Shown piece after piece: positions 37,864-47,310 of a stretch of 64,000 nucleotides of DNA; position 1 is the first letter of the stretch, and each line of letters begins with the position of its first letter. The notes beneath the pieces were generated by a model. That model searched no databases. It saw only the letters and a program-made list of their open reading frames with translations, and was not told where the DNA came from. This stretch comes from an uncultured delta proteobacterium (lineage in GTDB: Bacteria > Myxococcota > UBA727 > VGSZ01), in contig CAVZJB010000004.1 of NCBI GenBank assembly GCA_963775425.1, positions 288,001 through 352,000 of the forward strand. Reading direction: 5' to 3'. A program made the translations under genes and the position numbers.

Positions 37864-38829
37864 ATGCGCCCGCTCTCCCCTGCACGTCGGCCCCTCGCGG
37901 CGCCGCCCTCCGTCCGGGTCACCCTCGCCGCCGTCGCCGCGGTGGTGCTCGCCGCGGGCGCCTGCGGCACGTTCGGGGCCACCCTCCCGCCGGGCGCCGC
38001 CGGCGGCTCCTTCCTCGACGAGGCCAAGGGCGCCGTGCCGTTCGAGGGCGCGGCCGCCACCGACCAGAGCGCGCTCGATGCCGCCGCCCGCGCGCACGCC
38101 GACGCCAACATCGACGTCTTGATGGCGCTGTTGCAGAGCTCGCGCGAGCTGCGCCACGACGTGCGCACGGGCGAGAAGGAGATCCACGCGCACGTCGAGA
38201 AGCGCGGCGGCGTCGACGACGCCGACCTCGCCCGCGTGCGCGACATCGCCCGCCGCTACCTCGAGCTCGACGCGCTGCTCTACGCGCTGTGGACGAGCTA
38301 CCGGCAGAGCCTGCCCTATTCGTCCGAGCCCGATCCCTACGCGCCCTTGCGCGCGGCCACGCTGCTGTCGCCGTCCACGCGCCAGGCCGGGGGCCTGCTC
38401 GCCCTGGGGGCGGAGCTCGTGCGACTCGACAACGCCGCCGTCGTCGTGCAGACGCTCGGTCCGCACCACGCGCTCACCCGCCTGCTCAACCGCGGCGACG
38501 AGAAGCTGAAGATCCCCGCCGAGGGCTTCGACCGCTGCGTCGGCGCGCTCTACGATCCCGACCACAGAAACCTCCTCGCCCGCCAACTGCACGCGGTCGC
38601 GGACGAGCAACAGCGCCTCGAGGCCGCCGGCGACCGCGACCCGCGCGTGGCCTTCCTGCTCGAGACCATCGCCGCGAGCGCCACGGGCAAGGCCATCCTC
38701 GAAGAGTCCGACGCCCACCGCCGCGTGGTGTTCATCTGGAACGTGGTCTCGCGCTCGACGCTCGACGCCGCCGGCCCGCTCATCGACGTGTTCATCGCCG
38801 ACGGCTACGCCCCCCAAGACGAGCCGTGA
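37864..38829 (+). CDS. Hypothetical helical lipoprotein
   Basis: Hydrophobic segment ending LAAGAC; good codon bias. Confidence 0.7.
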   Translation: MRPLSPARRPLAAPPSVRVTLAAVAAVVLAAGACGTFGATLPPGAAGGSFLDEAKGAVPFEGAAATDQSALDAAARAHADANIDVLMALLQSSRELRHDVRTGEKEIHAHVEKRGGVDDADLARVRDIARRYLELDALLYALWTSYRQSLPYSSEPDPYAPLRAATLLSPSTRQAGGLLALGAELVRLDNAAVVVQTLGPHHALTRLLNRGDEKLKIPAEGFDRCVGALYDPDHRNLLARQLHAVADEQQRLEAAGDRDPRVAFLLETIAASATGKAILEESDAHRRVVFIWNVVSRSTLDAAGPLIDVFIADGYAPQDEP

Positions 38830-38885
38830 GCTCCGGCGCCGGCGGCCCCTCCAGCGGGCGCCGGTTTGGGATATCGTCCGCGCGG

Positions 38886-40211
38886 ATGCGCCCTTACGAC
38901 ATCATCAAGAAGAAGCGCGACGGGAGCGCGCTGTCGGCGGCCGAGGTCAAGTCGTTCGTCGACGGCTACGTCGCCGGCGACGTCGCCGACTACCAGATGG
39001 CGGCGCTCGCCATGGCCGTGTTCTTCAACGGCATGAGCCGCGAGGAGGTCGTGGCGCTCACCGACGCCATGCTGCGCTCGGGCACGGTCGTCGACCTCTC
39101 CGCCGTCCCCGGCAAGAAGGTCGACAAGCACTCCACCGGCGGCGTCGGTGACAAGATCTCGCTGCCGCTCGCGCCCGCGGTCGCCGCCTGCGGCGTCCCC
39201 GTGCCCATGGTGAGCGGGCGCGGGCTCGGACACACCGGCGGGACGCTCGACAAGCTCGAGAGCATCCCCGGCTTCAGGGTCGACCTCTCCCTCGACGACT
39301 ACCGGCGGCTCGTCGGCGAGGTCGGCTGCTGCCTCATCGGGCAGACGAAGGAGATCGCGCCCGCGGACAAGAAGCTCTACGCGCTGCGCGACGTCACGGC
39401 CACGGTCGACTGCATCCCGCTCATCGCGAGCTCCATCATGTCCAAGAAGCTCGCCGAGGGCATCGACGGCCTGGTCCTCGACGTCAAGGTCGGCTCCGGC
39501 GCCTTCATGAAGAAGCGCGAGGACGCCGAGGTGTTGGCGCGGATGATGGTCGACATCGGCGAGGGCATGGGCAAGGCCGTGGTGGCGCGCCTCACCTCCA
39601 TGGAGCAGCCGCTCGGCGCCATGGTGGGCAACGCGCTCGAGGTCGAGGAGTCCGTCGACGTGCTCGCCGGCGGCGGCCCCGCCGACGTGGTCGCGCTCAC
39701 CGTGGAGCTCGGCGGCGAGATGCTCGTCCTCGGCGGCGCCGCCAAGGATCTCGACGAGGGCCGCGCGCGCATCCGCGACGTGCTTTCGAACGGGAAAGCG
39801 CGCGAGCGCTTCGCCCGCATCATCGAGGCGCAGGGCGGGGACCCGCGCGTCCTCGACGACAAGTCGCTGCTCCCGCGTGCGCCCAAGCGCGTGGACGTGG
39901 CCGCCGCGCGCGACGGCGTCGTCGCCGCCGTCGACACCGAGAAGATCGGCGTCGCCTCGATGACCCTCGGTGGAGGCCGGCGCAAGGCGTCGGACGCCGT
40001 CGACCCGCGCGTGGGAATCCAGGTGAACAAGCGCATCGGCGACCGCGTCGCGCGCGGGGAGCCCCTCGTGACGCTCCACGTCGCCGACGCCGGCGTCGAC
40101 GAGGCCCGAACGCTCGCGGCGGCGGCCTTCACGCTGACCGACGCCGGCGTCCCGCCGCCGCAACTGTTCCTCGAGCGCATCGCCGGCGTCGAACCAGGAG
40201 CCCCTTCGTGA
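38886..40211 (+). CDS. pdp: Pyrimidine-nucleoside/thymidine phosphorylase
   Basis: IIKKKRDG, VDKHSTGGVGDK, MVSGRGLGHTGGTLDKLESIPG, SIMSKKLA, DVKVGSGAFMK. Confidence 0.95.
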   Translation: MRPYDIIKKKRDGSALSAAEVKSFVDGYVAGDVADYQMAALAMAVFFNGMSREEVVALTDAMLRSGTVVDLSAVPGKKVDKHSTGGVGDKISLPLAPAVAACGVPVPMVSGRGLGHTGGTLDKLESIPGFRVDLSLDDYRRLVGEVGCCLIGQTKEIAPADKKLYALRDVTATVDCIPLIASSIMSKKLAEGIDGLVLDVKVGSGAFMKKREDAEVLARMMVDIGEGMGKAVVARLTSMEQPLGAMVGNALEVEESVDVLAGGGPADVVALTVELGGEMLVLGGAAKDLDEGRARIRDVLSNGKARERFARIIEAQGGDPRVLDDKSLLPRAPKRVDVAAARDGVVAAVDTEKIGVASMTLGGGRRKASDAVDPRVGIQVNKRIGDRVARGEPLVTLHVADAGVDEARTLAAAAFTLTDAGVPPPQLFLERIAGVEPGAPS

Positions 40212-41071
40212 GCACCATGCCCCCCGCCCCGCTCGGCCACGCCCAGGTCCAGGCCGCGGCCGACGCCGCGCGCGACAAGCTCCGCGTCGCCGCCGGCGCC
40301 GAAGCCGCCGCCGTCGGCGTGGTGCTCGGATCGGGGCTCGGCAGCGTCGCCGACGGCGTCCTCGACACAGGCGGCGCCGCCGTCGAGTACGGCCACCTCC
40401 CGCACTTCCCGGTGTCGTCCGTCGAGGGCCACCGCGGGCGCCTGGTGCTCGGCCGCGTGAAGGACACGCCGGTGCTGTTGATGCAGGGGCGGGTGCACCG
40501 CTACGAGGGCTATCCGGCGTCGAGCGTGGTGTTCCCCGTGCGCGTGCTCCACGCGTTGGGGGTGAACAAGCTCGTCGTCACCAACGCCGCCGGCGGCCTC
40601 GGCGACGGGATGAAGCCCGGCGACCTGATGGTCATCGAGGACCACATCAACCTCACCGGCGACAACCCGCTCGTCGGCAACAACGACGAGCGCTTCGGCC
40701 CGCGCTTCCCCGACATGAGCGACGCCTACGCCGCGCGCCTGCGCGCGGTGGCCGCCGACGTCGGCAAGGCCCGCGGCCTCAGCCTCGCGCGCGGCGTCTA
40801 TGCCGGGCTGCTCGGGCCGAGCTACGAGACGCCCGCCGAGATCCGCATGCTGCGCACGCTCGGCGCGCACGCGGTGGGAATGAGCACCGTGCTCGAGGTC
40901 ATCGCCGCCAACCACCTCGGCATGGAGGTGCTCGGCATCTCCTGCATCACCAACCTCGCCGCAGGCATCAGCGCGACCAAGCTCTCTCACGACGAGGTGA
41001 AGGAGACGGCCACGCGTGTGGAGCGCGCCTTCTCCGGCCTCGTGCTCGACCTCGTCCCCCGCCTCGCCTGA
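40208..41071 (+). CDS. punA: Purine-nucleoside phosphorylase (trimeric type)
   Basis: VLGSGLG, QGRVHRYEG, TNAAGG, GPRFPDM, GPSYETPAE, VGMSTVLE, TNLAAG. Confidence 0.95.
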   Translation: MSTMPPAPLGHAQVQAAADAARDKLRVAAGAEAAAVGVVLGSGLGSVADGVLDTGGAAVEYGHLPHFPVSSVEGHRGRLVLGRVKDTPVLLMQGRVHRYEGYPASSVVFPVRVLHALGVNKLVVTNAAGGLGDGMKPGDLMVIEDHINLTGDNPLVGNNDERFGPRFPDMSDAYAARLRAVAADVGKARGLSLARGVYAGLLGPSYETPAEIRMLRTLGAHAVGMSTVLEVIAANHLGMEVLGISCITNLAAGISATKLSHDEVKETATRVERAFSGLVLDLVPRLA

Positions 41072-41074
41072 GGC

Positions 41075-42373
41075 TCACAGGGGCGGGACCACCACGTCGT
41101 GGCCCTTGTCTCCGCCGAACAGGACGATGGCGCCGCCCACCGTCCGCATCATGTGCTCGCGGTTGTTCACCGCCACCGGCGCGCCGCCCTCCACGAGGAG
41201 CAACCCGTGCGTGGTGTCGAGCAGCACGATGCGGTGGTCATCGAGCGTGAGCATCTGATCGGGCGTGGTGCCCTGGAGGTCGATGGTGCGCAGGAGCTGG
41301 AAGTCGATGGAGTCGCTGCTGACGACGGGGAGCACCAAGGAGCCGCCGGTCAGGAGCGCGCGCGGGCGGTCGGAATCCACCGCGAGGAGGTCGACGCCGG
41401 GCCCGGAGAGGGTGACGAGGGTGTCGCCGCTCTTCCGCACGGCTTCGGTCTGCCCCGTGAAGAAGCGCAGCAGCGTGGTGGCGTCGAGGGCCATGAAGCG
41501 CGACGTCACCTGAGACCCGAGGGAGCGCCGCAGCAAGGGGTGACCGTCGGCGACGTCGACGAGCGCCGCGGCGTCGCCGTTGGCCACCCACGCGACGTCT
41601 CCGACGACGCCGACGTACGCGCCGTCTGCTTCGGACGGCGCCGTCGCAAAGACGCTCACTCTGAGATCATCGCCAGCGGCATCGACGTGAAGGGCGTTCA
41701 AGGTCGGCTCCCACACGAGCACGTGACCGTCCTCGTCACCGTCGCAGGCCACAGTGCCCGTGAAGCCGGCGCCGAAGGCGGTGGTGGCGATGAGCGACTT
41801 CTCGTCGAAGGTGTACGCGTTCACGGGCGTGCCACCGGGAGAGGTGCCGCCGACCACCCAACCGCGGCCGCTCAGCTCGTCGCACACCGCGGTGCCCGTG
41901 CGCTCGCTCGGGATGTCTTTGTCGACGAGCTCGGCGGCGTCGGGCTTCGCGAGCAGCATCGGGAGCGAAGCCGAGAAGCTCGGCGCGCCGTCCTGCACCA
42001 CGGCGGGGTCGTTGACCGAGGGGATGGTGACGGGGGCGGCCCGGCCGAGGGCCGAGGGGTTCTCCGGATCGCCGGTGGAGAACGAGACCGCGAGCACACG
42101 CTCCTGGGCGCCGAGGGGCAACGCGAAGCTCTGCGGGTCGCCCTGCTTGAAGCTCACCGACTCGGGGCGCTCGTCGTCGAGCTGGTAGCTGAGGTTGGTG
42201 AGCGGGCTGTCGACCCGCCGGGTCTGTCCCGCGGGCTCGCGCACCGCGAGCGTCACCGCGGCAAAGTCGGTGGGGCCGCACGCGGCCGCGCACGCGAGGA
42301 CACCGGCGGCGAGCGCGGCCGCGGAGCGCGCGCTCGGCTGCGCGGGCGACCGGCGGAACCGGCCACCGCTCAC
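41075..42373 (-). CDS. Hypothetical lipoprotein, beta-rich (propeller-like)
   Basis: Lipobox-like CAAAC; GTGA overlap with the PEGA gene. Confidence 0.7.
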   Translation of the reverse strand: MSGGRFRRSPAQPSARSAAALAAGVLACAAACGPTDFAAVTLAVREPAGQTRRVDSPLTNLSYQLDDERPESVSFKQGDPQSFALPLGAQERVLAVSFSTGDPENPSALGRAAPVTIPSVNDPAVVQDGAPSFSASLPMLLAKPDAAELVDKDIPSERTGTAVCDELSGRGWVVGGTSPGGTPVNAYTFDEKSLIATTAFGAGFTGTVACDGDEDGHVLVWEPTLNALHVDAAGDDLRVSVFATAPSEADGAYVGVVGDVAWVANGDAAALVDVADGHPLLRRSLGSQVTSRFMALDATTLLRFFTGQTEAVRKSGDTLVTLSGPGVDLLAVDSDRPRALLTGGSLVLPVVSSDSIDFQLLRTIDLQGTTPDQMLTLDDHRIVLLDTTHGLLLVEGGAPVAVNNREHMMRTVGGAIVLFGGDKGHDVVVPPL

Positions 42374-43740
42374 TTGAGGTCCTCGACCGTGAAGACGACT
42401 TCGCCTTCCTTGGGCGAGAGCGCGACCACCGCGAAGATGCCGCCCGCCACCGCCGCCGCCGCCACCACCGCCCCGGCGGTGATGCCGACCGGGACCCAGG
42501 GGATGCCTTCGACGACCTGCTTGGTGGTGACGGAGAGCGACGGGCTCGACGTGGAGCTGCCCGCGACGCTCACCTTCTTCTCCGGCAGCACCGACGGAGG
42601 CAGCGGCCGCTGCTCGACGCCGTCGTCCTCACCGAGGCCGAGAAACGCAGCGAGCGTGCCCGCGGCCGCCGTCACCGCGACGCCGTCCGCGAGCCGCACG
42701 GCGCCGCGCCGCGCCGTGGTGCCGTCGCCGACGTGAAACGCCGCGCCCCAAAGCCAGGCGCCGTCGTCGTCGTAGCGCGCCGTGCCGACGAGCAGCAGCG
42801 TGTCGACCTCGAGGAAGCTGCCGATCTTCCTGGCGACGGCCTCGTCGATGCCGCTGCCCGCGATGGGGCGGAGCCCGGGGCCCTCCTGCCAGAGGGCTCC
42901 CTCGAAGGCGAGATCGACGAACACGGGCGACGGGCTCTCGCCGATGGTGATCACCTTCGGAACGCTGCGGGCGCCGCCGAGCTCCACCCACACGTGGTAG
43001 CTGCCGGCGACGACGTTGGCGTCCTTGCCGAGGCTCAGCGGCGTGCGCCCCATGTCGCGCCCGTCGAGGAACACCGTGGCGCCCTGCGGCCTCGAGTCGA
43101 CGACGAGGAGGCCGGTGGGGCGCTGCACGAGGTCGCTGCGGGCGGCGGCGACGAGGGAGAGGAAGCGCGGCGGGTACTCGTCGGGGCTCGGCGCCAGCGC
43201 GGGGTTCGCGCGGAGCGCGTCGACGAGGATGGCGCGCGCCTCCCTGCCCTTCTCGGTCTCGCCGTTGCCCGACTCCTTGGGGCCGGCGAGCGCCACGAGG
43301 CGCGACGCGAGCTTCAACCGCGCGGGCTCGAGCAGCGCTTGTTTCTCCGTGGACGGATCGGGATCGTTCGCGAGCGCGCGGATGACGGAGGTGAGGATGC
43401 GCAGCGACGCGTCTTGATCGAGCGCGGCGAGCGCCTGGTCCGCCTTCGCGAGCTGGGTCTTGTATTCGGCGACCGTGTTGCCGCCGAGGTCGAGCTGGCG
43501 ATGAAAGAGCGCCCGCGTGGCGTCGGCGTCGAGCATCTCGATGCCGCGTCGCTCGAGCGCCGCGCGCACGGCGTCGGCGGCCTCGAGCGGGACGGCGCCG
43601 CCGTCGTGATCGGCGTCCACGGCGAGCACGGCGAAGCGCTCGGCGTGCGTGGCGCCGGCGAAGAGAAGGAGCGCGACGGCGCCCGCGTACGCTCGGGCGG
43701 GCAGGGCCCTCCCCAACGGGCGCTTCAGGGCGCGCCGCAT
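42370..43740 (-). CDS. PEGA-domain membrane protein
   Basis: Signal peptide; LVVDSRPQGATVFLDGRDMGRTPL PEGA motif; C-terminal TM; TGATG overlap with the deoC stop. Confidence 0.8.
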   Translation of the reverse strand: MRRALKRPLGRALPARAYAGAVALLLFAGATHAERFAVLAVDADHDGGAVPLEAADAVRAALERRGIEMLDADATRALFHRQLDLGGNTVAEYKTQLAKADQALAALDQDASLRILTSVIRALANDPDPSTEKQALLEPARLKLASRLVALAGPKESGNGETEKGREARAILVDALRANPALAPSPDEYPPRFLSLVAAARSDLVQRPTGLLVVDSRPQGATVFLDGRDMGRTPLSLGKDANVVAGSYHVWVELGGARSVPKVITIGESPSPVFVDLAFEGALWQEGPGLRPIAGSGIDEAVARKIGSFLEVDTLLLVGTARYDDDGAWLWGAAFHVGDGTTARRGAVRLADGVAVTAAAGTLAAFLGLGEDDGVEQRPLPPSVLPEKKVSVAGSSTSSPSLSVTTKQVVEGIPWVPVGITAGAVVAAAAVAGGIFAVVALSPKEGEVVFTVEDLK

Positions 43741-44663
43741 CAGTACCCCGCGCCCTTGCCCGCAGCTCCTGTGACGATGGCCACCGATGCCGACGCGCCG
43801 ATGCGGTCGGCGCCGGCCGCCGCCATCTTCTGGGCGTCCTCGGTGGTGCGCACGCCGCCCGAGGCCTTCACGCCCACGTCGCTGCCGACGATGCGGCGCA
43901 TGAGCTGCAGGTCCTCGACCGTGGCGCCGCCGCCGCCGAAGCCGGTGGACGTCTTCACGAACGCGGCGCACGCCGCCTTGGACAGCGCGCAGCCGACGAT
44001 CTTCTCGTCGTTGCTGAGCTGCGAGGTCTCGAGGATGACCTTCACCGGGTACGGGCGCGACGCCGCGACGACGCGGCAGATGTCGTCGAAGACGGCGGCG
44101 TACTCGCGGGACTTCAGCGCGCCGATGTTGATCACCATGTCGATCTCGCGGGCGCCGTTGCGCACCGCCTCACGCGCCTCGAACGCCTTGGCCGTCGGCG
44201 TCATGGCGCCGAGCGGGAAGCCGACGACGGCGATGGGCTTGACGCCGCTGCCCTGCAAGAGCTTGGCGACGAGCGGGATGTTCGACGCGTTCACGCATAC
44301 GGTCGCGAAGTGCCACTTGCGCGCCTCGTCGCAGACCTTGCGCAGGTCTTCGCTGGTGGCGTCGGGCTTCAGCAGGGTGTGGTCGATCATCGACGCGAGG
44401 TCTTCGCGCGGCTTGACGCCGCCCGCGCCGGCGCCGAAGCGGACGCCGCCGATGCCGACCAGCGTGTCGATGACGCCCTCCTTGCGGGTGACGCAGAAGC
44501 CGCAGCCGGTGCAGGTCGCGTCGGTGGCGTCGCACTGCTGCGTGGGATCGAAGCCGGGGTCGCCACCGCCCCCGCCGCCGCCGCCGACGACGCCGACGAG
44601 GCTGAGGCGAGCGGCCACCTTCTGGGCGATGACATCCACGAGCGCGTCGACGTCGGAAGACAT
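43740..44663 (-). CDS. deoC: Deoxyribose-phosphate aldolase with an ~85-aa N-terminal extension
   Basis: IDHTLLKP, VVGFPLGA, EIDMVINIG, VKVILET, FVKTSTGF, VKASGGVR, RIGAS. Confidence 0.95.
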   Translation of the reverse strand: MSSDVDALVDVIAQKVAARLSLVGVVGGGGGGGGDPGFDPTQQCDATDATCTGCGFCVTRKEGVIDTLVGIGGVRFGAGAGGVKPREDLASMIDHTLLKPDATSEDLRKVCDEARKWHFATVCVNASNIPLVAKLLQGSGVKPIAVVGFPLGAMTPTAKAFEAREAVRNGAREIDMVINIGALKSREYAAVFDDICRVVAASRPYPVKVILETSQLSNDEKIVGCALSKAACAAFVKTSTGFGGGGATVEDLQLMRRIVGSDVGVKASGGVRTTEDAQKMAAAGADRIGASASVAIVTGAAGKGAGY

Positions 44664-44753
44664 GGGCGGAGCATCTCCGAAGCCGGCGCCCGGGGCAAGC
44701 TGCACGGAATGGTGCACCCACCCCTGTGTCGAGGGCCCCTCGTCGAGGGGCCC

Positions 44754-45251
44754 CTATGTCGAGGGGAACGCGGTGAAGACGCCTTCGAGGTAACCGCCGT
44801 CGTCGAGGTCGACGCGGAAGTGGCCCGAGATCTCGTCCGGCGTGCGCTCGTCGAGGATGACGGTGCCGCCGACGCTGCCCGAGAAGACGTTGTTCACCGA
44901 TGAGACGAGCTCGACGCCGTCTTTGCGGGTCTCGACGACCTTGTCGCCGTAGGCCACCTGCACCGAGGACAGCCCGTCGTCGCCGGTGCCGACCGCGACG
45001 GGGGTGCCGAGAGGCATGTCCGCGACCGCATGCAGGGTCACCGTGACGGTGCGGAGTGTCTCACTGTCTTGCTCCGCGAGGACCACCACAGTGTCTCGAC
45101 CCGATGCGTTCGGCTTGGACAGCGGGCTGGTGCAGCGGAGCGAAAAGCCGTCTCCCTGGACCACCCCATCGACGCTCGCAGGGACCGCGCACCCGATCGA
45201 GGCAACCGCCACGATCCCCAGCGCGAAAACCCATGCGAACGCCGACTTCAT
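44754..45251 (-). CDS. Hypothetical lipoprotein
   Basis: MKSAFAWVFALGIVAVASIGC signal and lipobox; start trimmed to 45251. Confidence 0.7.
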   Translation of the reverse strand: MKSAFAWVFALGIVAVASIGCAVPASVDGVVQGDGFSLRCTSPLSKPNASGRDTVVVLAEQDSETLRTVTVTLHAVADMPLGTPVAVGTGDDGLSSVQVAYGDKVVETRKDGVELVSSVNNVFSGSVGGTVILDERTPDEISGHFRVDLDDGGYLEGVFTAFPST

Positions 45252-45516
45252 GCTCTTGATTGTGAGCACGCGGCCGTGATCCCTCAAGTTTGCGAAATCA
45301 CAGTGTGTTCTTGAGACATCTGCGAGGTCCGTCACCATGGACCCGAGGATGGCGCAGGGTGTGCGCGCTTTCCTCTTTTTGACCGATGTCTCCGACACCC
45401 GTCGGAGCGCGTCCGAACGCGAAAGCGTCCGGACCACATCCTGCGCGCCCTGCGGTTGTGAGGCAGGTACGGTGCCGTACGGCCTACATCAGCGTGAGAT
45501 GTGTCTCAAACGGCGC

Positions 45517-46593
45517 CTAGCGTCGACGGTGATCCATCTCACGAAGGAACGTCGTTCCCTTCAGCGCCTCGATGTCCCCTGCCCCGATTCCGAACATGCT
45601 GATCCGCAGCTCCGTGAGCACGTCCTCGACGAACGCCGCCAGCGCCTCGTCGCCGGCGTTGGCGGCGACGAGCATCGGGCGCGCCATGGCGCCGACGTCG
45701 GCGCCGAGGGCGACGGCCTTGGCGACGTCGATGCCGCTGCGCAGCCCCCCGGTGGCGATGAGCGGGATGCGGGTGCTCGCGCTGCGCACCGCGCGGATGG
45801 CGTCCGTGGTCGGCGTCCCCCACTCGCCGAAGCGCAGGCCCATCTTGCGGCGGCGCTCGGTCTTGGCGCAGATGCCCTCCACCTTGGCCCACGAGGTGCC
45901 GCCCGCGCCGGCGCAGTCGATGCCGGAGATGCCGGCGTCGACCAGCGCCTTGGCGGCCTCGGCGCTCATGCCGAAGCCGACCTCCCGCGCGAACACCGGG
46001 ATGCCGTCGCGACGGAGCGCCGAGCAGAGCTCGCGGACCTTCTGCGTCATGCCGCTGAAGTCGACGTCGCCGCCCTGGGCCGCTTCCTGGATGGGGTTGA
46101 AGTGCAGGAAGAGCGCGTCGGCGCCGATCATGTCCACGGCGCGGCGCGCCTCATCGACACCCCAGCCCTTGGCGAGCTGGCCGGCGCCGAAGTTGGCGAA
46201 CAGCAGGATGTCGGGCGCGACGTCGCGCACGGCGAAGTACTGCGCGCGCGAGGCGTCCTCGATGCCGACGCGCTGGCTGCCGACGCCCATGGCGAGGCCG
46301 AAGTGCTCCGCGGCGCGCGCGAGCCGCCGGTTGAGCTCGAGGGCGCGGGGGAGGCCGCCGGTCATCGGCGCGATCATCAGAGGCGCTTCGAGGTCCTTGC
46401 CGCAGAGCTGGGTGGACAAGTCGATGTCCTCGAGGCTCAGCTCGGGGAGCGGCTGGTTCACGAAGTCGAAGCGCTCGAAGCCCGCGCTCTTGTCGTACTG
46501 CGCGGCCTCGGTGAGACACACGTCGATGTGGTGGGCCTTGGCCTGCGGATCGCGCAGCGGCCCGTCTTGCAGGTTGTCGTCGATATCCGGCAT
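45517..46593 (-). CDS. fni: Type 2 isopentenyl-diphosphate isomerase (FMN)
   Basis: KAHHID, PLMIAPMTGG, MGVGSQR, HFNPIQE, EVGFG, AGAGGTSW, ATGGLRSG.D. Confidence 0.93.
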   Translation of the reverse strand: MPDIDDNLQDGPLRDPQAKAHHIDVCLTEAAQYDKSAGFERFDFVNQPLPELSLEDIDLSTQLCGKDLEAPLMIAPMTGGLPRALELNRRLARAAEHFGLAMGVGSQRVGIEDASRAQYFAVRDVAPDILLFANFGAGQLAKGWGVDEARRAVDMIGADALFLHFNPIQEAAQGGDVDFSGMTQKVRELCSALRRDGIPVFAREVGFGMSAEAAKALVDAGISGIDCAGAGGTSWAKVEGICAKTERRRKMGLRFGEWGTPTTDAIRAVRSASTRIPLIATGGLRSGIDVAKAVALGADVGAMARPMLVAANAGDEALAAFVEDVLTELRISMFGIGAGDIEALKGTTFLREMDHRRR

Positions 46594-46608
46594 GCGTGTT
46601 CCCCGCGC

Positions 46609-47295
46609 CTACAATGCGTTGCTCGACCAGTCGTAGGGTCGGTAATCCAGATCGAAGCGCTCGTCGAGGAGCTTGGCCCGCATCGCGGGGACGTAGCGCG
46701 CCAGGAACGCGCGCACGGCGCGCTCGGCGCCGCCGTGCGCCGGGTCACCGAAGTCGCCTGCGTACCACTCGAAGATCTGCACGACCACGATGCGGTGCGC
46801 CTTGTCGTCGACGACGACCTCCCCCGGCCGCGTCAGATAGGCGCGGGTGCGCTCCTCGAGGTCCTTGTCGATGCCGGCGCCGGTGTACGCGTGGGCGGCG
46901 AGCGGCGGGCAGTCGCGGGAGGCGCAGTTGACGACGAAGTGGACCCGGGGATCCCGGGAGACGCCGTGGGCGTCGAGGCGGCGCACGTACTTCTCCTCGA
47001 GCGCGTTGAGCGTGAGCGGCTCCTTGGCCACCGGCTCCTTCTCGGCGTCGAAGAAGCCCTTGACGTCGATGACCCGCTTTCGGCCGTGGACGAGGAACGC
47101 GCGCAGCACGCGGGCGTTGTAGGCGTTCACGTAGAACGCGAGGCGCTCGTCGTCGTTCGCCTTCGCCAGGTCGGCGACGGCGACGGCGGCGAGGTAGCCG
47201 TCGAGCGCGGCCCGCCGGGCGGCGACGGCGTCGTAGTCCACGAGCCGGCCTTTGACGGCGGCGCGGAGGATGGCGTCGAAGGCGGCGTGGTCCAT
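46609..47295 (-). CDS. DUF547 domain protein
   Basis: LVDY, LAFYVNAYNA, DPRVHFVVNCASRDCPPL, IFEWY..DF, YDWSSN. Confidence 0.88.
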   Translation of the reverse strand: MDHAAFDAILRAAVKGRLVDYDAVAARRAALDGYLAAVAVADLAKANDDERLAFYVNAYNARVLRAFLVHGRKRVIDVKGFFDAEKEPVAKEPLTLNALEEKYVRRLDAHGVSRDPRVHFVVNCASRDCPPLAAHAYTGAGIDKDLEERTRAYLTRPGEVVVDDKAHRIVVVQIFEWYAGDFGDPAHGGAERAVRAFLARYVPAMRAKLLDERFDLDYRPYDWSSNAL

Positions 47296-47310
47296 GGCCG
47301 CACCGTAGCC

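Noticed and set aside
44726-44766. Repeated TCGAGGG(G)CCCCT hairpin upstream of deoC as a terminator or repeat family
   Set aside because: Short GC palindromes with no U-tract and no other copies seen
45311-45510. TTGAGACA...TGTCTCAA inverted pair in a lower-GC intergenic region as MITE ends
   Set aside because: Only 8 bp of perfect match, no target-site duplication and no second copy
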